A stretch of DNA of 64,000 nt from Lingula anatina (Eukaryota; Animalia; Brachiopoda). Under the pieces are notes generated by a model, which saw nothing but the letters and a program-made list of their open reading frames with translations, was not told the origin of the DNA and did not search any database. Positions 36,001-48,975 of this stretch are shown one piece after another; positions within the stretch are counted from its first letter, which is position 1, and each line of letters starts with the position of its first letter. A program made the position numbers and the translations under genes. The stretch covers positions 18,108,848-18,172,847 of the forward strand of contig CM120643.1 in assembly GCA_051362555.1 (NCBI GenBank), read 5' to 3'.

Positions 36001-39000
36001 TTGCTAAGTAAATTCCACGAAATGTTTGTTGTTTTGAATTCAGAATTAAAGGGGTCACTCGTGTTTGTCTGTTTACCAGAAGACGTTTCAAGGTTAGGAG
36101 TAAAGTGATTACACAGTTTAAAGCATGTATAAACTGAGCTAGTGTAATCTGTGTTTTATGGGCTGAAGAAAGCAGCGAGAAACAAATATTCCAGTTTGTA
36201 CTAGAAGGTAGGCAGTGGTCCAGGTATGTCCATACTAGTAGTATTGTGTAATATTATGGTATTTTTTGTTGAGTTAATAAATTTCATTGCTTTACATACT
36301 AGGCTATAACCCATTGCAAATGTATTATTATATATTGTTATAATTATAAATTTGCAGTTCACCATGGCTGTCAACAAGATGAAGATTTATCCTAGATGCA
36401 AAGTGTGAGCTAAGAAAATAATTATTGGTGAAATATAGCTTTTTTTCTTTTCTTTTGTAATGTGAAACCTTCAGAAATACTACTTACATGTAATTGTGTG
36501 TAAATAATTGGGGTGGTAAAGAAAAAAAGATTCATCTAATATGACACTGTGTATTATGGTCTTCAGACCTGAGTACTGGTTACTAATGTCAACAGTGCTC
36601 ATTGTTGTCCCATACGTATTTGGATAGGCTAAGAATAGATGAGCTTGGGCAACTCCCCAACTCACCTGAGCTACCTGTGGACACACCTGGGCGTGGAGCC
36701 ACAGTGATTCACTCCTTTCTGTTGAGTTAATTGTAGCCAGTTCAATTACTTCAGTCTTGATTGAATTGAGAGTGGGTTAAATTATATGATAGGCCTGCGA
36801 CTATCTGAACTTACACTTTACTATAGAGAGGTAAGCTAAACAAAGGGAAGAACATTTAGAGTGCTAGGCATTGATACAAGTACATTGTATACATACAGCA
36901 TGTACTGGGGTATATGGGTTTGTACTAGACACAGGAGATGTTAGAAGGCAGGTATAAATTTCCAGCTTAATTTTGAGGCAGATATCAGTGTTATGATAAT
37001 CAAAATGTGTAAATTTAGTATTTATGATCATATGTATGATAACAGAATAAGGTGACAAAGGAGGACAGTTGTCATAAAGTAGTGGAATTATCCTAATGAG
37101 AGGGAGTGGACATGGCCACTCTGTTCAGAAGCTATCATGACTATTAGTTTGATGTCCTAAACAGAGAGGATAGTGCATCTCTACTGTCTGGCACTTACAG
37201 TGTTGGATTTTGTTCTTTCTTTCAATGAAGGAGATTTATGTAATGTAATAAAGATTACACAGACAAGAACGGAGAAATAATTACATACCATAGGTGATGC
37301 AGAGCTGATAGTAATCAGTACTCAGTTTGTGCTCACTGTACTACAGGGGGTACACTGTAATATACACATAAATGTTAGTACATTATTTGTGGACCTAATA
37401 GAAAGATTACATTCTGAAAATCTGTTAGTTTGCAAGTCTATGATATAATAAAATAGGTGCACTCTACTTAATACATTATCTGTCTTGAATCTTAAATATT
37501 ACTTTGTAGATCATAAGACATAATAGAATTAAAATAGTCCATAAATCAGAATATCATAAGGATCAGCAAAACGAAATATTTCAATTTGAGAAGCAGACAG
37601 TTATGAAATCCAAATACATGTAGGTGATGATCTGGATTATTTACTTACTTAGCAAGGTTGAGTATACAGGCCTACCCAACTACCAGACTCGGCACCGAAT
37701 GATCCTGAATGCACCGGTAGATCAGACCACACTACCCGTTTTCAAGGTGTGTGTCAGATCGCATTACACAGTATCAGACGCGACACCGCTCTTGCCTAGT
37801 ACGCGATGTGATAGTGACGATTCTCAGCGGGGTTGAAAAGCATTGCATCACCACTTAAAATTTGTTCAGGGTATGATACTGTGTAATGAGAAGATTGAAA
37901 ACGGGTAGTGTGGTCTGATCTACCGGTGAATTCAGGATCATTCGGTGCCGAGTCTGGTAGTTGGGTAGGCCTGGTATATGTGAGAGTCTACTCAGCAGCA
38001 GGGGCTGTATTTACCTGTGGAATGTACTAACAGAAGAAGAAAGAGTGATACTGCAAAATAAGTAAGTTATACTGCAAAATGTCTTGGTTGGCTATGTGTC
38101 AAAAGTCAAAAAGTAAAGTGTTGAATGTGTCTGGCAGTGATAAAACTTGAAATATGAAAAAAAGGAAAGTAGGGTGTATGAAAAATTCATGTAATTAACA
38201 TAGAAGCTACCTTCTTTATTATCCTGAATCTGGAATGTACGGCAAAAATTGTACCAATCATACACATTAAAAAAAATTGGGAGTAAATTACCACACTCAG
38301 TCTTGTGGGATAGGTACAGTTAAGAAAAAAAAAAAAAAAAAAGAAAAAAGACCCAAAATTGGTCTTACAACTAAGGTCTAACTTGCTTAAGAAAGTGGAG
38401 TATATACTCCTATCTCATAAAAAGGAAAAAAAAATCTATTGTTCTCTTCAAACAGGTAGTGCATATTAGTACATGGTTACAGATATATCCCAAATTAAAA
38501 TATATCAAGAAATGTGATCTTAAGTTCCTTAGTGGAATGGATCCCAGGTACAACAATTCAAAACAGGTAGCATATTTATTCTACAGGTGTTGTGCTTTAC
38601 ATAACAGCATTGTTATGGGTCAAAAGAAAGGAATGTGCTCTAAAGCTAGTCTAATAGGAAGATTTACATGTAGGTTCCACATATTCTGGAATGTATTACA
38701 AATCTTTTTGCTGTCCCATATACTAAGTAAAAGTATTTCCTGGTATTTTGTCATTACTTTATTGTATGTGAATCACATGCATATGAAGTGCAGGCAATGA
38801 ATCATACCTGCTGCAGAATTAAAAAAAAAATTTTTATGGAAATGAAAATCCTCAAAAAAGATGGAAAAATTGAGGTTACTATTTTGATCGAGTGAAACTG
38901 TTACAATGATCATAACTTCCCCAATGAACTCAATTCGAAAACTGAAAGAAAAAGAAAAACAAGGTATTAACAGCCTTTTAGATTCTCTTTAAAACACGGT

Positions 39001-42000
39001 TTAGATGGCTAAGGCTGCGTTCACATGAAAAATCTATTTTCTAAAAATCTATTTGCGGTATCTTGTGATTACGGTCTATGCCCTGAATAACCCACGGCGT
39101 AATTACGGGCAGCGCGAGCCAGTTACTTCCAAAGCTGTATTTAATTCTCAGCGCTGCCAGTAATTACTCCGCGGGGTATTCAGGGCACAGACCGTGATCA
39201 CAAGATACCGCAACTAGATTTTTTTTTAGATTTTTAGAAAATAGATTTTTCATGTGAACGCAGCAGAAGTCTAAGTAGCCAGGCTAAACTTTTAGCTCAA
39301 AAACTGACTTTGGATTTTACCAAACCCCAAGTTCCATAAAGCGTGACAAGGGTGACAGTGGAATTTATTGCTGTTTGGCAGACAGTACAGTTTACTGTTC
39401 TCTGGTGACATTGTGAAGGGCCCCGGAGATATTATCAGTATTATTATTATTGTAGATTAAGAGGTCTGATATACTAAGCTTATAGGAAAGGAGAGATGAT
39501 GGCTGGTTGTTTTCCATATATAGTGCTATGAACATATACAAACTGTGGAATTCATACAGAAGGTCCCAGGTAAATAGATATGTGTTGTTTACTGAAAGCA
39601 GTGGATATTTATGATGAGATAAATACTATAATTTCTCTCAAATTTCATGTATTTTTTTCCAAGATTTATGATATAAAGATCTAAGGTATCTATTTGTCAC
39701 TCTGTTACTAAGTTCCCTGTACAGAATATCTGCATTGATTTTTTTAATTAAGAGCATGCATTGGGTTTTAGACATACAGCTGATTACTGGAAGATTAAAT
39801 ATAAATGAATTAGTAAAATTTTTAATTTCATAACAAAAGCATATAGATGTGATCACAGTTTGGTAGGTACTGGTACTCAGATATTGTGTAATATGAAGAT
39901 ACTACGAGTACAATTTTGTAATATAGTGTAGTTTTATGCAACCTATGTAAGAAAATAGCTTTTTCTTGAGAGGTTGAAATGGATACATTTTATGTAAGAT
40001 TGCGAGTGGCTAATGCTCTACTAGGACTGAAGTATATGTACAGGCAATGGCCTCTACCCCCCCCCCCCCCCCCCTCCACGCCCGGTAGTATTTAAATCTC
40101 TTTTTCTTAACATTGTAAGTTATATATGCCTTGTGTCAAAATGGCCCTTCCCGATTATCATCTTCACGCTGGTGATAATACTGTTGTATAATGTATTAAA
40201 ATTTTGCTTGGAGGAATGTGAGGTTATCTGACTGTGTAGATTCTGTAGTTAACTGAGGGTTGACAGGGAAGGGGGAGTGGGGTGGAGAGGGGGGACTGGT
40301 TTACTTGTCATCTTGATAATTAAATTTGTCCCTTTAAAAAGTTTATACATGGGTGTTTTGATTACTTTGATTACTTCAATTTTAAGATATATTCTAAACA
40401 TATGCTCCAGTGAGTTGAATTTTTTTCCTTTCTTTCCTCCTCTCTCCCCCACAAATTTATTAAGGTACATGTCTCAGGTGAAAAAAGATGCAGACATACT
40501 AGTAACCATGCAGCTAGGCATTGTATTAATCAGGATGATGAAGATCTTGATGAAGATTATGTGAAGTGGCATGACTGAATATGTAATAGACAACTGACAT
40601 TAAGAGATTGAAGCTGGTGAAATGTCTCCACAAGATAAAATATGTAGGACTGCACTCTTTCACTCAGTCTGCCATTTTTGATGGAACAGTTTTAATATGG
40701 TGAGATGTTAAGACTTCGAATTTGAAACAGAAATTTTTAAAAAGGTGAAGAATTACATGATTTAAGGGTGAGGATTTTGGCTAGAAATGAATGCAAATGA
40801 TCTCTAATGGTTGGAGTTCAGGCTTCAGATTTGAAATAGAAGTTTTCAATCAGGTAAAATGTTACATTATTATTTGTAGGAAAAGGTATTGATTAAGATG
40901 CAAGTGTCATTTAAATGAATGAATGTAGTTTCTTATTCATCGATTCATCATGTGAAATGTGTTTTAATATGGTCAAGAAGGGGGCAGGCCCATAGCCAGC
41001 AATTTCAAATGGGGGGTTCGTTTTCTGAAAAAGTAGACCTTTTACCATTAAACCTTCATGTACCTAGATCAAATTTTATCCAAAGTGGGCCTTTTCCAGC
41101 AAAAAGGGCGGTTCTTTTGAACTGGCTATGGGCCTGAGGGGGTGAGGTGTACTAGAGGTTGATAAAAAAAGCAGAATGTTTTAGTTGTCACAACAGGTAT
41201 ATTTGTACCATATACTTATGATTGCAGGGTTTTGATTAATTTGATTTAATTTGGTTTTGTTTAGACTGAATGGTTTTTACTGAAAAAATAAAAGAGAAAA
41301 AGGATAAGGACAGTAAATTTTAGGTTTTTTTCTACGTAACTAAAGGCACTTTCATTGTGCAGAAAATATGTTCTTTTCGTTTTACATTTTTTATGATTAT
41401 TGTCTTCCTTTACCCATTTTCAGGTTGAATGAAGGCTATTTTCAAGCAAAATTCCTTATGTGATATTCATTTTGGATTATTATATTTGACCATATTGTAT
41501 ATGTGTAAAGACCAACAGAGGACAGCAGCTCAAAATGTGATAATACTGAGTCGGCAGTAGTAAACAAAAAGGAAATACGCCACCTACAGTAAGGATAACA
41601 AAAAAATTCAGAGCAAAGAAGGAGAGTATAGAAACTTGTAATCATGAAGCTGACAGAGAAAGACATACATGATCTTGCTTCTGAGGGAGTCCATGAGCCT
41701 CCGCAAAATATCGAGCTTTTCGATATCGTCACTGCGCACTTTCACCCGGACATTATCAAAGGCCCACTGGGAAAAAACCTCAAGATGGTTTGCAAGGAGC
41801 TCAATGTCTCCTTTGATTTGGATGTAACTTATCATACTGATGGACCAAAAGAATTTTTCATTCACGGACCTTTTCAGGATATTGTGAAGTCATACCAGAT
41901 TTTGTGCATGATGCACGGACATTTGCTCAAACGCAACGAAAAACAGAGCAAGCATGAAAAGGTTGTTCCCGTAGAACACAGCCGATTGGGAACGCCAGCT

Positions 42001-45000
42001 GGCAAGAAAATACATCATTGTAAGAGAGGATAAGTAATAGGCTGGTTTAGGGAAAGTAGTGTAGAAGGGCTGTACTAATGTTTCTCTAAAACTTTTTTTG
42101 TATCATTTGGCAAATTTGAATTTCAACTCTGTTGTAGATTGGCTGAAAAATTGGTGATGGCAGTGGCGGCAGTTGTCTAATTCTCTCTCTCTCTCTCTCT
42201 CTCTCAAAAACGAGGAAGAAACCAAAAATTAAGATCCTGTAAACAATTTATCAACGGACCAATCCTTGAGGAAATGGATCAGTTTTAAATTTTGTCTTGA
42301 TAGCTTCCTTGTAAATGCCAATGCAACATTATATACACAAGGCATTAACACATTTCATGGTTGCCATCCTTAAAAATACATCTAAATCTAAATGTGGGTA
42401 TGAATTCTTCAAAATAGTGGAAAATCACACAAAATGGATGATAATATTCGTAATGATCACTGACCGTGACCCATTTAAATGATTGATAGCTTTTCAGTGT
42501 CTGGAGACAGAAAAGTAGACTTACAACTTTTCTCAGTGTGTTTTTTAAAATAACCAAGAGAACACTTATGACAGTTTTTAAGATAACCAAAAGAACATTT
42601 TTGACAGTTCTTGAAATTTTTCAATGCTTAAAGTTTACAAACAGGAAGAAATTTGACCATCTGTATTGAATTTGAGTTAGGAAAAAGGAAAAATGCGACA
42701 AAGAATGACAGTGATTTACAATGAAATGGAAAATATGTGTTTCTCCCCTTGAAATTGTTCTACTCTGCAATTTATGTCACAGTTCACTGAGGATAAACTG
42801 ATAAAGGTCAAAAAGGGCCACATGAAACATGAACCAATGTTCTCCCCCAAAAAGTTATTTGTCAAAAATATTCTCTCTCATCCAAGAATGTTACTGACTT
42901 TTGTGAAAAACAACCTTTACAGTGTATGGAAAAAAACTATTTGTTAATGTATTTTGTCTAGCAATAGTGTCCAATCTTAGTATTATGAAAAAAATTGATA
43001 CTAATTAATGAATTAATGAATAAAGAAAAAGGATAATTAATAATATACAAATTAATTAAATTTAATATAAGTTTATGATTGATTTTTAAAATAAATAAGA
43101 ATGTGTGAGCTGTGGTTTATTTTCCATATTTTTGGTTTTATTGAAATAATTATATTATTTTTTCCAAATCAATAGAAGATTGGCCATTGATAATCAAATG
43201 TATTTTTCTCTCATTAATAAAATGTCATGAGGTTACAAAGTTTATATTGATAATATGATACCAGTTAAAGCGAAGTAGATGCTCAGATTTGTGCACAGAT
43301 GCATGAATTGGACTTAGATGCCCTTTGCTTTGTTCTGAATTTTCCACTCGAAAGATTGCCACATCCAGATGAATACTCACCAACTGTGTAAAGGTGTTTT
43401 GTTGCAAAACAAACCCCCAAAATAAATATGTCAGTTTTGATAAAGGTGACCCTGACCTTCACTAGAGAGTTGCAAGTCACTGATGGCACCATTGCCCTTT
43501 TCAACAGAAAGAACTGACCTTGGTCGTCTTTATTATCTGATTGATCTCTGCCCTCGAGACAAATGATAATTTCTCCTTATTTTGAAGCAGGATGTTTTTT
43601 TTAAACAAATGAGTGATTGGTCAGTAGAAAAGTAAGTTCCAAATGACTGCTTGAACAAATATTTGAAGGGCAATGAAAGAAAGAGAAAAAACAAAACCAA
43701 ACGAAAAAAAAAAATTCAGTTGACTATTCCAACTACTGATAAAAGGGAACACAGAGTACAAAATTATGGAATTTATTTTCTTAAACATTACCATGGCTAA
43801 GATCCATAAGAACTTAAAAAAAGTAAAAACGTTTGATTTTATTGTATTGTTTTGATTAGATAAGTGATAGATTGACTTACAATAATAATTTGACATATAT
43901 TTACAGTTTTATCTTCAGAAAGTAGATTATTCTGGCACAAGTCCATGCCTAATGAATGGACTTTGAGTGTGCTCTTCACAGTGTGCAACAGGGGCAGATC
44001 CAGAGATATTTTCTTACAGTCTTCCATATTATATTTGTTGATCCTTCTTCCATCTTTTGACCGTCTTCCGACAAAAAAAAAAATAGATAATGTAAACTTG
44101 AAAATCTGACCGTCTTCCGGAAGACCCAGAAGATGGCCTAAATCTGCCCCTGTGCAATACAAATAAAGTTGAATTATTGACTTAAAATTTGTTGTTTTAT
44201 CATATTATGGTAAAAACTTGAAAATTTTGTCACTTAAAAATTAGTTAATATCTTAAAATACCTGGAACTGACTTGGCCATATTAGGTGACAAGCTTTTCA
44301 AAATTATCTGGAGGCCCATTTTCAAGTTTGATGAAAGTTGAAAAAATTACTTTGGCAGAGAATTGTCTTCTGACAAAATATTCAAGATTGACTAAATTTC
44401 CAAGTTTTTACCATAAAATTTGTTCTTAGTAATAATTTATAATTATTTTTATATATACAGGTGACAGTATACATTTTATTTTCAATTTCTGTTATAAAAA
44501 TGATACTAATGATGTTAAATGTATAATAAAAATTTTTATTGTTTTTTGTAGTGGAAACGTCCAGAACAACAGTGTCAGAATCTGACTGCAGCCCAGCCCC
44601 TACACGTAGACTAATTAAGGCTGATCTCTCCCTTCTGATCACTAGTTCTGTAGAGGTGAGTTTTTTGTAAGTTAATTATGCATGTGCATGTTTGCCCACA
44701 CATACATGTGCACAGACATTCATGAACACACAATCATATATAGTAGAATGAGCATGCTGGCACACACACAATTGCACACAGAGGAATTTACTAGCACACA
44801 CGAATACACATATACACAGACAAATACATTGAATTTCATCTTTCTCTCTCTCTTTCTACATGCACTCAGGCATACATGCGTGAGGGCCTGCAACACACAG
44901 TTTTGTGGAAAATTGACCAATGATCAAGCTTAATGTCATATAGATTTTTGGAGTTAATATTTTACACCCACCCTTGAAATTGCGCATTCCATCTTTACAT

Positions 45001-48000
45001 TCAGCTTGACAGGGATAATGTTGGTCTATAGATATGTATAAATATATCACAGGTGTCCTTAAGAGTTTTCGTATCAGGTGATAAACCCATTATTATTCAA
45101 GTCTGAAGCACCTGATACCATTAAATCTGTAACAAAATGGGGTCTTAATACCTTTCCCTTTAAAATGGGCTTCATTGAGATGCATAGCTTGTGTTTAGCA
45201 ACAAACTTAGCAACAGGGATCAGTTTCAGAAAATAACTGTTGGACTGATAGTTGGTCTACACTAGGGTATTCTTTAGACTACTTCCAGTTAGGCTTCATC
45301 AGTTACTGTAACAGTTATGCTGTAGTAGTCCAATAGACTAACTTCTAATCTAAAACATTTCTTTCTTGACAGAGTTATAGAGATGCTGCAATATTTCTGA
45401 AGGATGGACTCGTACTCATATTATCCTATATTTCAAAGTAGAATAAAATTCATGTCTGGCATTTAGATGAGCCTTAGGTCTGCCAACAGGAGATGAGACT
45501 CAAGGTTTCCATGTTGGGCAGTTTAAAACACTTGAAAATTATGATCATGATCTTGACAGTAGTCCAAATGTAATAAAATGCTTAATGCGTTATTTAATGG
45601 GATTCCTTGTCTGGAATGCTGTGGTCATTAGTGTCAAGTTTGGATGGACATTATATAGGTTGGTTTGAGGTGTCTGGCGTTTGATTGATGTAAAGATGAC
45701 TATGGTTGTGTTTACAATGAGGATGGGTCAGCCCTTCTTGGTAAAACACTTCTTTGCAAACTGTCTGTTAAGCTAAGCTTGACACAGCTTTTTATTTTGC
45801 TCAAGTAAAGTAAAAGTGTTCTGAAATGCAAAGTTATTGATTAAAAGTTTCTGAATTGGGCTATGAATAAATTTAAAGTAATTATCAGTAAAGACTACTG
45901 AAACTATAAACATATTTTATAAATGATCCCTTTGAACAAATTTTGGAAATGTAACCTTGCTAACAGTGAAGTCATGATAGCAAAGTTACTGTTTCAGTGA
46001 CCTTGACAATGAATTTCTTCTTCTTCTAGTTCTTCTTCTTATTATTATTATTATTTTAAGTCTTAAAGTAACCTTGCCCTAACGGTAATGTCACGAGCAA
46101 GGCAATCAACTTTCAATGACCTTTTAATGAACTTGATGTAACCTTGACCTAGCTTGAATAACATCTTTCATTTTACTTCACAGGATGAAGTAGATGATGA
46201 AGACAACGACACTGGATATGATGGCAGCGAGAAAAAATTCTCTAGTCTTAACAGCTCTCAAATGATGCCATGGCAAAAAACAGGTTGGTGAACTTAAAAA
46301 TACACTACACAGGCATGTTGAAATGATATAATTGAATGGAATGTTACTTAAATCATTGAATATAATTAAAAGGATAAAGATATTATTTGATTGCCATTGT
46401 TTTTTCTTCAAGTTGCTCTAGACCTTGCAGTCCAATCAGCCAATGATGTTCCAGAAAGACGTCACAGTATCAGTGTATGTGAGAGCCCCGGGGCCTTGGC
46501 TAAGGTACTGCCCCTGGGCCAAGACCTCTCTCCCATCCCTGCACCCCTCCAGACCAACCAGGACACAATTGTAAGTGACCCTGACCTTTTAGTTGACATT
46601 GACCTTTTGAGTGACCTTGACCTCTCAAGTGCTAGCCAAGAAGGTGATGGGTTTGATGCTATTTCTTTGCCTACTACTAAATCTCTGGATTCTCTGCGCC
46701 GTGAAAGCGTGTGCGCCTGTCGGCAGAGTTGGACTAACTGCATGAGAGGATGTGACTGGTTTCCTAATGCGTTACCAGTGAGTAGCTTTCTTGCTTTGTG
46801 ATAAGCTCTCTTGCTAGCATACAAATCTTTTGTCAAAGGCTTTTGTAATAGCTTCTTTTCCAGCCTAGACACTGTCAATATAATATTTTAGCATAAATGT
46901 GCAGTGGGTTTCCTTGTCCTAATTTGCAGCAGCTGCCATAAGTCTGGCCAGAATTATGCCAAAATTATTTGTCATTGACTATAATACTAACAGATCTTTG
47001 CTGAATAGTGTTCATTTTTTTCTTCCAAAATTAAATCCTTGTGACAAAAAAAAAAAATAATCAAAAAATGTATGCTAGTTTGAGTTTATCTTAGATTTGC
47101 TTCAACTCTAGCTATCTTAATCTAATCACACTCAAACTTCGGTATTCTTTTAGATTAAATGTAACAAATATACTGCTGAAGCACTTCGCTGAGGTACATT
47201 CATTCAAGTGCTCTCTGCACTTAATACTATTTACTAACTATACTCTCAATGCAGTTATGGCTTCATACTTGTTCTCAAAACATACATCTATTAACAATTT
47301 GTGAGATGGGTTTACCTTTGTGTAATAATATGCTCACTGATGCCAGAGATAACAGATGTCTGTTTGCAAATTAGTATTGTATAATAGTTTCTTAGAAGAG
47401 TTTTCCTCACGTTAATTTAGAAAAAATACCACCATTTTTTAGAAAAGGGTAGAGGCTGGGGGTGAAAGATTTCAAGGTCACATTTTTTAATGCAGCTCGT
47501 TACAAATTCTTCAGGGGCAGGTTTCACAAAAATTACCATTCTGTAGCCTGAAATTGGATTAAATATGTGGACAAAAATGTGATCTACTTCACATTGTTCA
47601 AGTTAAATCCACAGAAGTCCACTTGAATAAAGCCCGCATTGGTCTGAACATAAGTTATCTCACCCAACAAATGTTTATATTCACTGTCACAACTAACACT
47701 TTGTCACAATGTCTCACCCAGAACATTGCTGTTGCAGGTCCCCAATCCCATGGAATGTCTGTCACTGCGGATAGATGAAGTAATGCACATCAGGAGTGTG
47801 TTGACCAAGGCAGAACTAGAGTGTCTGTACGGGACTGATATGGACATGTATAACCAGGTGTCCAAGGGGAAGGTGAGTGATGATATATGGGTGCACGCAC
47901 ATGTATTTCTATGTGAACACAGGCATGTGCTCCCCTAGGTCTGCAACTAGCTGAGACCACAGAGAATCTCTATCTCTTTATTAAGGTTTAGAATTGAAGT

Positions 48001-48940
48001 CACTGACGGAAAACTTAAAGATACAAGCACCTGGGCGTGCGCGAGCACATACACACACGTTTAATTTACGCATGACATAAGAAAAATATATGGGCATGGC
48101 AATATCGGCCTATACAAACGTGCATTTTTCTCAATAGCGCATTCACAAATGCAATGCGTTAGTACATGTGTGTGGCTCTTAATTCTTTCAGATCTGTTTT
48201 ACCTGCAGAGTGACAAAGTTTGGCATGTTTGGTCCTTGGGGAGTCAAGTGCAAATTCTGCAAGAGAAAGGTGTGCAACAAATGCAGTAAAAAGGTAGGTT
48301 AGATGTAAAGCATGACCAAGAGAGAATAGAATTTTTACATCATGATAAGTATTTATATGTTTATATTCACTCAGTATAGATTTGTTTCATGACATTTAAC
48401 CAAAGTTGTATTTCTCTCATTTTTAAAAATACAATCCTAAGTGTTATTTAGCTTTGACCCTGGTGATCCAAAATTATAATTTATATGTTTTTTTAAAATC
48501 TAGATTGTATTTTTTAAAAATTTATTATTATTTTTAGATGCGTATTCCCACAGAGCATTTTGAACACATCCCTGTGTATACACTTAGCCCTAGTTCCAGT
48601 AGTCCAGAGGAGAAAGAAGAACAGTTTACTACCAGGTATTCTAAAAGGCATTATAATGTCACAGAAACATGTTTCAATGATCAATTGTTAAAAAGAAAAA
48701 GATTATAATGGACTTTGATAAAAAAAATCCTAGGCAAAGGAGACATTTTGTGCTTGGTAGCACATCATCTCTGTCACAAAATTAAATTATTGAAATTAGT
48801 GATAGGATGGCAAAACAAGAAAAATGATTACTTAGAATTTGCGGAAAAATTATAGAAGAGAAAAGAGTGCTGTTGTGTACCGGCTGGGGTGAAATGCATC
48901 TTATCTGGGGCTTGTTTTACAAGAATTTAAGTTTTATTTT

Positions 48941-48975
<35 letters not shown>

